Below, piece by piece: positions 8,757 through 19,391 of a DNA stretch of 64,000 nucleotides. Under the pieces are notes generated by a model. It searched no databases and had not been told where the DNA came from. It saw only the letters and a list, made by a program, of their open reading frames with translations. The stretch is from IMG/VR virus record IMGVR_UViG_3300042887_005053, positions 140,337 to 204,336 of that record; one strand, 5' to 3'. A program made the position numbers and the translations under genes. Each line of letters starts with the position of its first letter. Position 1 is the first letter of the stretch.

Positions 8757-11700
8757 TTAAATAGTTGGTACGGTTATCTGTATGATTGGTTCAAACGGTA
8801 ATATCTGATCACCTCTGTAGCCAGTGTATAGATCATTTAGTCCTCTTATTTCATAATTCTTTTTACTAGTATAAATTTGACCATATCCATTATCGCTAGT
8901 CACTTCTATTGTAATGAAGGGATCAATATTCGAATCAACAGTGAAGTTATAAGAATGAGTTGCATTACCCAACCGATATTCAGACAAAGTTTGAATCGGA
9001 TAATAATCTATCTTTTTCCATTCTGTCATGTCAAACCAATATTTGATGTCATTTGAAATTACATTCTGATAAGGTGTCACAGTTGATTGTGTTCCATATA
9101 CCAAGAATGAAGACTGAGTGCCAATATATTGATAAATTAAAGAATCGTATAGAGCATATTGTCCTTGTTGATAGTCAAATTCTGCGTCCCATTTTGTTAC
9201 AGTGTCATATCTTCTTGGATTTTTGATTCTGTTATTATCTATCACGGATTCGTATAGTTGTCCATAATAAATTATTCTATCACCAGAATTGTAAGTAGTA
9301 AACGGATTCCACTCTTTGTGAGTCTGGTATGTTCTAACTTTTATTGTGTAGTAATCTGGACTAAAAGAACTTGTGGCTATAGTAAAATCAACATGGCAAG
9401 TATATACTGTACTTCCACTATTAACTGGCATCAAGTAAGCTTCATTCAGTTTGAAGTCAACAGGTGTCATACTTTGTCTCAAATTAAGAATTTTAGCGTC
9501 ATAGTTTCTATGTGTTATTGTATCTACTCCAACAAAATCTGCTCTTCCGGTAATGTCTAAAATTTTATGAGTGATAGGAATTACTTTTCTCTGTAACCAA
9601 TATTTAAGTCCTTGTAATTTAATTATGACTTCGCCTAACGAATATAATAAAACATTATTTCCTTCTTTGTCGGTAATTTTATAAGTTAGATTAAAAAGAT
9701 TTGTATCTTCGAAATTTGGGTTAGGCATAGTGTGCTTAATAAAGTCATTAATTGTCCAACCTTCGACTGTATTATCGAATATATCCGGAATCTCAACCTT
9801 GAATAATTTGTAAAAGTCTGGTGAATTGACATTTATATTTCTATAATACTCGTACAACTCTAAATCATTATATCCGAATAGATTGATTGCGTTGATAATC
9901 GCTTTGTAAGAACCAACATATGGAAATATATCACTTCTGACCATTAACATTTCTTTTCTCTTCTGATTCAAATATGTCCAATCAACACCTTGTTCATTGA
10001 TATCATAAGGTTTAAAAATGTAGGCATCTTCTGGCCCTATATTGTGACCTGTGTTAGTCAGTTCAATTCTGTATCTTTCATCTTCTATTTCTGTCTGACC
10101 CATGACTCTAAATTCACCTATAGACTTATCTTGAACCTTGAATCTTACAGATAAGTATGTCGTTTTCCCAGTCGATGGGTAGTTAGTGATTGATGTGGTC
10201 TCATTAACAAATGAATCATAACTTCTGATAAAGTCTACTATTAGTTGTCTAGAACTTATTCTTCTTATTTTGAAAGTTTTACCATGATTAATTGAAGCAT
10301 ACTTTCTTTTTGAATTAGTATTGTCAGTTATGTAAATTCTTATAATCTGGCCTACTTTCAAACTTCTTGTTAAGTTATTATCATCAAATAAGAAGGTTGA
10401 GTTAGAATTGATATCTAATGAAATAATACCATAGTTTCCGTTTTTAGAGTCTTCGACTAATTTAAAGGTCAAGATATTATTATTTGTAGAAGATGTTGTA
10501 AATGTAAAATCTATTTCTTCTCTCTTGTACAAAATTAAATTAGATTGTGCGGGTCCTTCATTATCCGATCGAAATCCTATGAATGTTTGTAAAGGTTCTG
10601 GTAAAAATGAAAGATTGTCACTTGAGTCGACATGATCTAATGTATAGATAATTTCATTGAATATAGTTTGTTGAAACTCTGGCAACGAAACTCTTTCTAT
10701 AACTTTATTTGGATTCTTATTCAAAACAATATTTGTAAGTGGTTTAGGTCCAGTATATGCGTAGGATCCAGTTATTGGTAGTTGTTCACCACTGAAATCG
10801 TATAAGAATATCTCTGGATGTTCATCAGTTCTCCATTTCCAAACATATTTAACATTTACCTCATCGTTATAGTTTTCTCTTGGTTTTCTTATATACTCTC
10901 TCGTTTTTAACCAAAGATCTTCTCTCGGTTGATAGTTAGGATCCAGAGATCCAAATCCTTGTGAAATGTTAGAGTATGTAGGATTTTCTATAACTATTTC
11001 GGATTGAATAAACACACCAATTTCAACCACATTATTAACAGAAGGTTGTACTCCTATTATACTTTGTCTATCTGGGTTGTAAATAACTTTGTTTACAGTT
11101 TGATTAAAGTTTTGTGTATGTTTAACGGTACTTAAAATATTATCTATCACTAAAACTTTACCATTCGTTTGATTTGCTAAATAAACATCACCATCAAATT
11201 GACTTAGTGTCATTGGTCCATAACTAGAAGTTACAACTGATGATACTAAATTATCATCTAAATTAATTGTTTGAACAATTGTTGTTTTACTAATAATTAT
11301 ATTACCTGAATAGTTATTGAAAATAAAATCCGTGAAGGAGTTATCTGTTGAAACTACTGAGATATCAACAATAGTTCCATTCTTAATCTTCTTTAAATTT
11401 GTTGAATCAAAGTAATAAACCCAACTATTTATAGGTTCGTAAAACAAGACCGATGTTATTCCAATTATTGTAACAGTTGAGTCGATGGCTCTGGTTACTC
11501 CATCAATTATAGTCAATAAGTCCTGTGAAGAAACAAAAAACTGTTTTTCAAAGTCATTATAAACTAAGTCAATCACATTTCCAGTAATGGTTATCTGAGT
11601 AGTTTCTGTTGTTGTAATATTATCTTTATCCCAAACATAAAGTACAGAATCATTAACAAATTGAACATAAATATCACCATTCGTCGTATTGATTGAAATT

Positions 11701-14453
11701 TGCTGAATTTGCTTCGATGATAGGCTAGTTGAATCAGCAATAGTCGCAATTATGTTGTCCGTAAGAGGATCTACAATTGTTACTTGTTCAGATCCGTAAC
11801 AATAAAGATAACTATTAATAGGGTTATAAAGAGCCTCTATTGGATTTGTTATGTTAAGACTAATAGTGTTTGTTGTTCTAAGAGTAACAGCATCTAAAAC
11901 TGTTAAGTTGCCACCAAGTATATAAATACTAGCACTAAGTTGTAGATACAAAATATCTTTGATATTGACATTGACTACACTTGTTGAAGTTGAGCTATAA
12001 CTATTAACTGAAGCAAAGTTCAAACTAAAAGATGGTTCAAATTGATCAACTACGAATTCACCAGCATTTGACAAGGTCGGCGAGATGGGTGGGAGACAAG
12101 CAGTCGCTCCAAATCCTCCACTAAAAGCTAAACTAACAAACGGTGAAATCTCACAAATTGGATCTATGGTTCCCCAGAATGGACCTTGATAGCTCAATAC
12201 CAAGCTCGTTGGATCGATATGTAAAAGATTATATTCTTGGTTATTGTACGGTTTGTTTGTGTTATTTATAGTAACAACTTGACCGGTTGAGAAAGGAAAA
12301 GTTTCAAAACTATAAGTTGATCCACTTGTTTGTTTTGGTAATGCTATTTCATTAGAAACTAAAGTTGCTCCGAATTGTCCTTTTATTTTATTTACAATTT
12401 TATACTGAGGAACACCCGGTATATCTGTTTTACCGGTCTTTATTGTGTATTCGAGTCTTTGTGACTGTTCTTTCACTCTGAAAACAAGCATAGCATTTAT
12501 ACTCACGACATAAATTCCGTAGTCTGATAATTCATCTTGATAGTCATCAATCCAATTTGATAAAGCAGTTGCTAAGTCTGGAACTCCATTTGTTATAGTT
12601 ACTGTTTGACCATAGCTTCTGCCATTAATTATTATGTTTAAATAGTTGCTTGAATCAAAGAAAATTATCTCAGAATGTTGGATGTAAAAGTCTGCAGTCG
12701 TACCTACTTCAACCGAAAACTCTAGTGGTACATTAGGGTATTGTGTTCTTAAACTTATTGAATTATAGTAAAGATTGCTAGCAATGCCTACATATTGGAA
12801 AGCGTATTGTAGAGTTGGTATAACACCAAGTGATACTAATCTCGCATAATGTTTTGTTAGCCAGCTTCGAAGAGTTCTATCAATTGTTCTTGGTAGATTA
12901 GGAGATGTTCCTACATAGATCCAATCTATCTCTTGTTGATAGACTTGTCCATCGATCATTATTTTAAGTCCAAATTCATCTAAATCGGTAAATATAATAT
13001 TGTAAACAAAGTTTGAGTTAATATCTTCATTTATTTCCGGTAAAAGAGTTTCTTCAATACCAACAGTTTGTTCTAAAATATTCTTCTTATTTGCTAAATT
13101 TGGTTGATTAGTAAACTGACTATTTGTTATACCATAGAAGTTTATAATAGCATATTCACTAGGATAAACTAAATCAGCATAAAGTGTTGGTTCTTCGTAG
13201 TATAAATCTATATTGAATAAACTTAAATCATCTTTATAGAACTCAGCCGCTGAGGCTAAAGTAGAAGCATTACTGTAAGTAAATCTTTGTTGATAGTATA
13301 TTTTATTGGTTGTTAAGTAAATATTTGTTTGATAAACATTTTCTGTTGCTAATGTAGTGGTTATTGGTAGAAATGATGGTTGTGACCAATAAGAAGCACT
13401 TCCAGGTGTTATAGAAGATGTAGCATTCCAGTAGTGTGCTTGAATACACTCATAAATATTACTTTCCCATATGACCTGTGATTGTGTTGCGTAGTAGACA
13501 AGATTTGAATTGCCTAAAAATTGTGGTATAGAGTCAACAACTAAAGCATTTGAATTTAATGAAGACAGTTCAATTGCAAACTCAATACCTGGTTTAAGTA
13601 CAAGAGGTATAGTGCCAGAAAAATTTAATCTATTTCCTGAAAGCTCTAAATCACCAAAATAAACAGATGGTACCTCAGTTTTAAGTACCAATTCTATCAA
13701 TAAGTCATTACTTTGTGTAAAATTGTCTTTATTAAGTTCATATCTATAATAATTTTTGTCAGATAAATTAATATTATTAACAGTATATACTCCATCATTT
13801 TTCTGAGTGTTGAAAAGAGTTAGTTTTTTTCCGTTAAAATATTTTCCGTAGAAATCTGGTTCTGACCAAGAAGATATATTTGAAATTGTACCAGTTGAGT
13901 AGTTATAGATGCCGATTGAATTTACACCACTTATTGTTTTATCAACATATGACGAGGATAAGCCTAATTGTGTGTTGTATGTGAGATTAAATTGTTTATT
14001 ATCAAGTCCTGATATTATTAAAATAGCATCTTTCTTTGTCTGAACAACAGTGTAAGTAATATTTGAGTTTGAAAATTCAAAAAGTGTTTGATCAAAAGTA
14101 ATTTGTGTTCCAACTGGGAACTTTGATTCAAAATCTTGACCATAAATCCACTTTGAGTAAAAATTCTGATCATTATTAACTGCTTCAATAGATGCTATAG
14201 ATTGTGTTTTATAGGAATTACCATATATATCGAATCGATATTCATTAAATAATTGAAACTTATCGAGCTTCAAAACACCTGGTAGTTGATATTCAAAAGA
14301 AGGAACTTTTTCAAAAGTATAAATGCCAATAGTTTTGAAGGTATCATTGCTATTTTCATGAAAGATTAAATCTCCCTTCCATTGTTCTGTTTCCTGATCG
14401 TATCTGAAATTTAAATTATCTCCTTCTTTGTTGAAGAATAGTAGTGATTGCAT
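8757..14453 (-). CDS. Large baseplate wedge-type structural protein with beta-propeller and carbohydrate-binding-like modules
   Basis: 1898 aa. Contains PYVGSYKAIINAINLFGY (wedge-like), YVTN-like propeller repeats (YNPINSYLY, VTIVD) and CBM-like WNPFTTYNSGDRIIYYGQLYES. Confidence 0.55.
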   Translation of the reverse strand: MQSLLFFNKEGDNLNFRYDQETEQWKGDLIFHENSNDTFKTIGIYTFEKVPSFEYQLPGVLKLDKFQLFNEYRFDIYGNSYKTQSIASIEAVNNDQNFYSKWIYGQDFESKFPVGTQITFDQTLFEFSNSNITYTVVQTKKDAILIISGLDNKQFNLTYNTQLGLSSSYVDKTISGVNSIGIYNYSTGTISNISSWSEPDFYGKYFNGKKLTLFNTQKNDGVYTVNNINLSDKNYYRYELNKDNFTQSNDLLIELVLKTEVPSVYFGDLELSGNRLNFSGTIPLVLKPGIEFAIELSSLNSNALVVDSIPQFLGNSNLVYYATQSQVIWESNIYECIQAHYWNATSSITPGSASYWSQPSFLPITTTLATENVYQTNIYLTTNKIYYQQRFTYSNASTLASAAEFYKDDLSLFNIDLYYEEPTLYADLVYPSEYAIINFYGITNSQFTNQPNLANKKNILEQTVGIEETLLPEINEDINSNFVYNIIFTDLDEFGLKIMIDGQVYQQEIDWIYVGTSPNLPRTIDRTLRSWLTKHYARLVSLGVIPTLQYAFQYVGIASNLYYNSISLRTQYPNVPLEFSVEVGTTADFYIQHSEIIFFDSSNYLNIIINGRSYGQTVTITNGVPDLATALSNWIDDYQDELSDYGIYVVSINAMLVFRVKEQSQRLEYTIKTGKTDIPGVPQYKIVNKIKGQFGATLVSNEIALPKQTSGSTYSFETFPFSTGQVVTINNTNKPYNNQEYNLLHIDPTSLVLSYQGPFWGTIDPICEISPFVSLAFSGGFGATACLPPISPTLSNAGEFVVDQFEPSFSLNFASVNSYSSTSTSVVNVNIKDILYLQLSASIYILGGNLTVLDAVTLRTTNTISLNITNPIEALYNPINSYLYCYGSEQVTIVDPLTDNIIATIADSTSLSSKQIQQISINTTNGDIYVQFVNDSVLYVWDKDNITTTETTQITITGNVIDLVYNDFEKQFFVSSQDLLTIIDGVTRAIDSTVTIIGITSVLFYEPINSWVYYFDSTNLKKIKNGTIVDISVVSTDNSFTDFIFNNYSGNIIISKTTIVQTINLDDNLVSSVVTSSYGPMTLSQFDGDVYLANQTNGKVLVIDNILSTVKHTQNFNQTVNKVIYNPDRQSIIGVQPSVNNVVEIGVFIQSEIVIENPTYSNISQGFGSLDPNYQPREDLWLKTREYIRKPRENYNDEVNVKYVWKWRTDEHPEIFLYDFSGEQLPITGSYAYTGPKPLTNIVLNKNPNKVIERVSLPEFQQTIFNEIIYTLDHVDSSDNLSFLPEPLQTFIGFRSDNEGPAQSNLILYKREEIDFTFTTSSTNNNILTFKLVEDSKNGNYGIISLDINSNSTFLFDDNNLTRSLKVGQIIRIYITDNTNSKRKYASINHGKTFKIRRISSRQLIVDFIRSYDSFVNETTSITNYPSTGKTTYLSVRFKVQDKSIGEFRVMGQTEIEDERYRIELTNTGHNIGPEDAYIFKPYDINEQGVDWTYLNQKRKEMLMVRSDIFPYVGSYKAIINAINLFGYNDLELYEYYRNINVNSPDFYKLFKVEIPDIFDNTVEGWTINDFIKHTMPNPNFEDTNLFNLTYKITDKEGNNVLLYSLGEVIIKLQGLKYWLQRKVIPITHKILDITGRADFVGVDTITHRNYDAKILNLRQSMTPVDFKLNEAYLMPVNSGSTVYTCHVDFTIATSSFSPDYYTIKVRTYQTHKEWNPFTTYNSGDRIIYYGQLYESVIDNNRIKNPRRYDTVTKWDAEFDYQQGQYALYDSLIYQYIGTQSSFLVYGTQSTVTPYQNVISNDIKYWFDMTEWKKIDYYPIQTLSEYRLGNATHSYNFTVDSNIDPFITIEVTSDNGYGQIYTSKKNYEIRGLNDLYTGYRGDQILPFEPIIQITVPTI

Positions 14454-14530
14454 CTAATAATTGACAATTTTACTTATATATTAAATTAGAGATAGCTACT
14501 ATTAATAAATTAATTTTAATATATATGTTT

Positions 14531-15901
14531 ATGACTAAAATATCAAATTATTCACAATTTATAACAGAAGCATTTCTAAATAAAACACAAGAAAAAGCTA
14601 TTGACACTATTCTACAATACCTTAAAAAGAAAATAGGTGTTGATTTTTATTCATATGAAGAAATATGGAACATTCAAAAAAGTGACGAGTTTCTTAAAGG
14701 TCAACTTTTTTTAACTCTATCATCAAATAAAGCAATTAGATTTAACTGGATCGAAAGAGACATATCAAGTGAGATACATTCAATAGATCTATGGACTGAT
14801 TTTGAATTTGATTCTAATCCTGACTTCACTTTACTATTAAATGAACTTTCGGTTGTTAAGGCTTTGCCTCATGTAGTAGACTTTTATAAAAATCCAGAAA
14901 TAATAGTAAAAACAAGTAAGAAAGATGTAGTATTTGAAGATTTAGAAATCGAGGATACTGATCCAAGAAAAAGACTTGAAGATGAAAGAAAAAAACTATC
15001 AAGATTAAGAAGTCCTGAGAAAATTGAACTTCAGAAAAGAAAAATAGAAAGAATAGAAGCAATTGTTGCACAAACTGAAAACTCTTCTATTGAAAGTGAA
15101 AAAATAAATCAACTTGATGATGAAATGAAAATTGATGTTTTTAAATCAATCGAACTTTATACTACTCAAGTTGCAAGAGGCAAGTCAAACTCATTGATTA
15201 TATCTGGTGATTCGGGTGTTGGAAAGACCCAAACCGTGAAAGATACCTTAACTTCACTTGGTATGAGAAAAGATGATGATTATTATTTTGCAACTGGTAC
15301 TGCAACAACAGCTGGTTTATATGAATTACTATTTAAGAACCGAAACAAACTAATTGTATTTGATGACTGTGATTCGGTATTAAAAGATCCAGAATCGGTC
15401 AATATATTAAAAGGAGCACTTGATACCTATGATGTTAGAGAAATATCTAAATTATCGAAAGGTAATACTTTTGATTCATCTGGATTAAGTGATGAAGAAG
15501 TTGATGTCCAGTTTAGCGAGACTGGTAAGTTTCCAAATAAATTCGATTTTACTGGACAAGTAATATTTATATCGAACTTACCAGAAAATAAATTTGATAA
15601 AGCACTATTATCGAGAAGTTTACATGTTGATGTGCATTTAGATAGACAAGAATTATTCGAAAGAATGAAGTCTATAATGACAAGAATATCTCCAGATGTA
15701 GATTTTGAGAAGAAACTGGAGGCATTAGAATATTTAACTTTTATATGTAACACTTATCCAACTAAGTTTGATCTTAATATCAGAACATTAATACATTCAA
15801 TCAATTTGAGAGCTCATAATGAAGAAATGATTAAGATTGGTGACAAAGAAGAACAAGTTTGGAAAGTTTTAATTAAAAAATATTTGGTTAAGTCAAGATG
15901 A
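14531..15901 (+). CDS. AAA+-type P-loop ATPase with tag-like N-terminus
   Basis: Walker A GDSGVGKT, Walker B IVFDDCD, sensor IFISN and an SRS arginine finger. The start is moved to 14531 because the ATG at 14525 overlaps the promoter motif. Confidence 0.8.
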   Translation: MTKISNYSQFITEAFLNKTQEKAIDTILQYLKKKIGVDFYSYEEIWNIQKSDEFLKGQLFLTLSSNKAIRFNWIERDISSEIHSIDLWTDFEFDSNPDFTLLLNELSVVKALPHVVDFYKNPEIIVKTSKKDVVFEDLEIEDTDPRKRLEDERKKLSRLRSPEKIELQKRKIERIEAIVAQTENSSIESEKINQLDDEMKIDVFKSIELYTTQVARGKSNSLIISGDSGVGKTQTVKDTLTSLGMRKDDDYYFATGTATTAGLYELLFKNRNKLIVFDDCDSVLKDPESVNILKGALDTYDVREISKLSKGNTFDSSGLSDEEVDVQFSETGKFPNKFDFTGQVIFISNLPENKFDKALLSRSLHVDVHLDRQELFERMKSIMTRISPDVDFEKKLEALEYLTFICNTYPTKFDLNIRTLIHSINLRAHNEEMIKIGDKEEQVWKVLIKKYLVKSR

Positions 15902-16476
15902 AACATTTAGAACTATTTGAATCATTCACTCTTATTAGTGAGAATCTGAAATATCATGTTGATAATAATATTCCGGTTTTAGAGAATGTGTTTAGACCAC
16001 ATTCAAAAGCTTTTTATGATTTGATAAAAGAAGCAAGAAATCTATTTGATGGTGGTAAAATTGGTGTATCAGAACATGATAAACATTTATTTGAAACAAC
16101 CGATTTAGGTTACTTTGATATATTTGAGAATGAAGTAGTACCACTTGATTTACCGATTGAAGTTGTTGAGGAAGTAAATGAGGCTGAGTATCACGGAAAA
16201 GAAGTTGAATTAAATAAACCAATTAGAAGTTCTGGTCCTAAAAAATATAAAGTTTATGTCAGGAATCCTAAAACTAAAAAAGTTATATGTGTTAATTTCG
16301 GGGATGTGAAAGGTGGACTAACTGCTAAAGTAAGTGATCCAGATGCTCGTAGAAGTTTTGCTGCTCGTCATCAATGTCACCTAAAGAAAGATAAGACAAA
16401 GCCTGGTTACTGGGCCTGTCGTGCGAATAGATACGCTAATTTGTGGGGTGGTAAAACATATCCCGGATACTGGTAA
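15898..16476 (+). CDS. Tagged protein with basic C-terminal domain (DUF6321-like)
   Basis: Starts MKHLELFESF. C-terminal KKYKVYVRNPKT...VNFGD...ARRSFAARHQC...PGYWACR. Confidence 0.6.
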   Translation: MKHLELFESFTLISENLKYHVDNNIPVLENVFRPHSKAFYDLIKEARNLFDGGKIGVSEHDKHLFETTDLGYFDIFENEVVPLDLPIEVVEEVNEAEYHGKEVELNKPIRSSGPKKYKVYVRNPKTKKVICVNFGDVKGGLTAKVSDPDARRSFAARHQCHLKKDKTKPGYWACRANRYANLWGGKTYPGYW

Positions 16477-16490
16477 AAATATATAGAACT

Positions 16491-17399
16491 ATGAAATACT
16501 TAAATACCTACAAATTATTTGAATCAGAAGAAGTAGTAAGCAACGAAGAAGTTACTGAACTAATTGAAGAGTGTAAAGACATTGTTGAGACATTCAATGA
16601 GTCAGAAGATACTTTTAAAGTAGCTAATTATGAAACGGGATTTGTTGCATATGACTCTTATTTGAAAAGAATAAGAAGTGGTGACTTTGACTCGAGACAG
16701 TCACATGAATCTGATATGGCTGCTATTAAATTTAATCTTGGTTTATCAAGTGATTTGAGTAACGGATATTTTAGAGATAACGAAGAAAGTGTTACTACAG
16801 AAAAAATAGACGGATTAATTGAACTATTGAGTAAATCGAAGATACTAGTTCAGAGATTGTCGAGATATTGTACTACAATTTATTATAAAATGACAGGTAA
16901 CTCAATTAGATTCATTTTAATATTCAAAAATCCAGATGAGGGTAGTAGTAAGGCAGCAAAAGTTACAAGATTATATAACAAGCTATCAAAAGATTTTAAA
17001 GATTATGACATGTGGAAAACTATGAATTTGGTTCAACTTAATCAAAGATCAAATGATAGAATTCCAGAAAAATATAGAGAGTTATATAGTTTACTTAAAA
17101 CTAATCCTAATCTAATTGATGGTAGATATGGTCAATGGGATGAAACAAGAAGAAGTAATTTACAGTTAAGATTTTCTTGTTCTGAAACATTTGATGGTAA
17201 TACAATTATTGTTAATGTCACTGGATTCAAATACAAAACATATATGATGGATAGATTCAAATCAATTAGATTATCTAATGAAGAGAAAGTAGAAGCAATG
17301 AAATGCATCGAACAGAAAGTTAAAAATAGTTTAAGAAGTGATGCCGATTCAATTGAAACTTCAATTGAAGGAAATCAGATAAAAATTAAGGTGAAATAA
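16491..17399 (+). CDS. Tagged hypothetical protein
   Basis: Starts MKYLNTYKLFES. A late motif lies at 16477-16486. Confidence 0.65.
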   Translation: MKYLNTYKLFESEEVVSNEEVTELIEECKDIVETFNESEDTFKVANYETGFVAYDSYLKRIRSGDFDSRQSHESDMAAIKFNLGLSSDLSNGYFRDNEESVTTEKIDGLIELLSKSKILVQRLSRYCTTIYYKMTGNSIRFILIFKNPDEGSSKAAKVTRLYNKLSKDFKDYDMWKTMNLVQLNQRSNDRIPEKYRELYSLLKTNPNLIDGRYGQWDETRRSNLQLRFSCSETFDGNTIIVNVTGFKYKTYMMDRFKSIRLSNEEKVEAMKCIEQKVKNSLRSDADSIETSIEGNQIKIKVK

Positions 17400-17638
17400 T
17401 GAAATACTTAAAGAAGTTTGAAGGATTTTCTAACAGAACTTGTGATAGATGTGGCGAGCGAACTAATACAATGAGTATGTCCTGGTTAAACACAGATGAG
17501 TGTTGTATGAATTGTTTAGAAATTGAAAAAGGAGAACCAGATTATATTTTGGCTAAAGAAATAGAATCCGAAGAAGTTAGAAAAGGTAATCTAAACTATA
17601 AAGGTATAAGAAATGAAGATAAACTGACACCGAGATAG
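17399..17638 (+). CDS. Tagged small zinc-finger protein
   Basis: Starts MKYLKKFEGF and contains CDRC...CCMNC. Confidence 0.65.
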   Translation: MKYLKKFEGFSNRTCDRCGERTNTMSMSWLNTDECCMNCLEIEKGEPDYILAKEIESEEVRKGNLNYKGIRNEDKLTPR

Positions 17639-17666
17639 AGAAGACTATATTATTAATATATAATTT

Positions 17667-18788
17667 ATGAATTTAGAAATAATTTATAAAAAAATATGTC
17701 AAAGAGGTCAAATAAGAGTATTAGATAGATCCATCTATACAGAAAAACATCATATTATTCCGAGATGTATGGGAGGTAACAACAATAAGGAAAATATAAC
17801 TAAATTAACCGCTAAAGAACATTTTATCTGCCATAAAATTCTATGTAAAATTTATCCATCCAACGAAAAGTTAAGATATGCCTTTTGGGCAATGTGTAAT
17901 CAAAAAGTAAATAGAGATTATGTGGTTTCTAGTAGAGATTATGAATATGCTAAAACAATTTGTTTAGAAATGTGGAGAAGACCAAAATCCCCCGAATCCA
18001 TAAAAAAAGGAGCAGATAAAAAAAGAGGCATAAAGGTAAATTATTTTATTTACCCAAAACGGATACAAGATGGTAATTCTAATCACAATCACGGTAAAAA
18101 GTGGATAACTAATATTTTAACAAGTGAATCAAAAATGATATTTGGTGATATTCCAGATGGATGGAAAATAGGAAGATCAAAAGTTGGCAGTTTGTGCAAA
18201 CCAAATTCAAAAGGTAGAAATTGGTATCATAATCCAGAAACAAATGAAGAAAAATACTTCAATTTTTCCGATAATCCACCAGGATGGATTAAGGGTAGAT
18301 CTAAAAATAAAAAAATTGGAGGAGATAATCTCTCCGGTAAGATTTGTTATTTCAACAAATCACTAAATAAAGAGAAATATTTTAAAGATGATGATATAAT
18401 ACCAGATGGGTGGATCAAGGGTAAGTTAAAAAAAAGAATTTGGTTTTATAATCTTGAATTAAATATGGAAAAATTATTCACTGAAGATTCCGCAGATGTT
18501 GGTTTTATTCGAGGTAGATTACCTAAATTACCATTTAGTGAAGAAATGAAAGAAACAAATGAATTTATAAGAATTTTTAAAAGAGACATAGATGAAAAAT
18601 CACTTGTTTGGCATAGAGATAGAGAAGATAGAATTATTGAGTCGATTGGTGAAACTGATTGGATGATACAATTAGATAATGAACTGCCAAAGTCGTTAAA
18701 TCAAAAAGTGTTCATTCCAAAAGGAGTTTATCATAGAGTTATAAAAGGAACTAATAATTTGAAAATAAAATTAATTAAATTAGTTTAA
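17667..18788 (+). CDS. HNH homing endonuclease fused to a C-terminal cupin-like domain
   Basis: EKHHIIPRCMGG...NITKLTAKEHFICH, then four WxxNxxxxxEK...PxGWxKG repeats, then LVWHRDREDR...FIPKGVYHRVIKG. Confidence 0.75.
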   Translation: MNLEIIYKKICQRGQIRVLDRSIYTEKHHIIPRCMGGNNNKENITKLTAKEHFICHKILCKIYPSNEKLRYAFWAMCNQKVNRDYVVSSRDYEYAKTICLEMWRRPKSPESIKKGADKKRGIKVNYFIYPKRIQDGNSNHNHGKKWITNILTSESKMIFGDIPDGWKIGRSKVGSLCKPNSKGRNWYHNPETNEEKYFNFSDNPPGWIKGRSKNKKIGGDNLSGKICYFNKSLNKEKYFKDDDIIPDGWIKGKLKKRIWFYNLELNMEKLFTEDSADVGFIRGRLPKLPFSEEMKETNEFIRIFKRDIDEKSLVWHRDREDRIIESIGETDWMIQLDNELPKSLNQKVFIPKGVYHRVIKGTNNLKIKLIKLV

Positions 18789-18798
18789 TATATAGAGT

Positions 18799-19380
18799 AT
18801 GAAACATTTGAAATTATTTGAAGAATTTATTGATTTCAACTTAGATTGGGTATCAGCCAAAATGAATGAACTATCAGATTTGGTATCTGATTTTTCAAAT
18901 ATTGAGTTTAAATATCATATTGAAAAAGTCAAGGATAATGAAGATTTACAGGGTCTTTTAGTTATAGAACTTACAGCGACTGATGCGAACATAACTCTTA
19001 TATGGACTATTGATTTAGACTCTCCATCAATTACTATTGAAGAAATTGAAGGTGATGAACATGAAAATATTTATGATTCAAAACTTGAAAGTATTGAACA
19101 AGCTCTTGATTTAGTTGAGAAAAATATACAAGATTTATTTGATATTAATGAGAGAGTCAAGGCTCAAAGATATAAAGGAAAAAAAATACCTGGTAAATAC
19201 TTAGCTGGACCACATCCTGGAAAAATGAAGAAGGAAATTGATAAGTATAGAGGTAAAAGTGAATATAAAAAAGAATGGGATGCTGATTATACTACTGGAA
19301 AAGGTGGTAAAGGTAAAAGAGTAAAAACTAAGAAATCATCAGCCACAAAAGCTTACCAAAAAATGTTTGGTGATAAATAA
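18799..19380 (+). CDS. Tagged protein, acidic N-half and very basic C-terminal domain
   Basis: Starts MKHLKLFEEF. After DINE comes Lys-rich KIPGKYLAG...KTKKSSATKAYQKMFG. Confidence 0.65.
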   Translation: MKHLKLFEEFIDFNLDWVSAKMNELSDLVSDFSNIEFKYHIEKVKDNEDLQGLLVIELTATDANITLIWTIDLDSPSITIEEIEGDEHENIYDSKLESIEQALDLVEKNIQDLFDINERVKAQRYKGKKIPGKYLAGPHPGKMKKEIDKYRGKSEYKKEWDADYTTGKGGKGKRVKTKKSSATKAYQKMFGDK

Positions 19381-19391
19381 AAATATATTTC

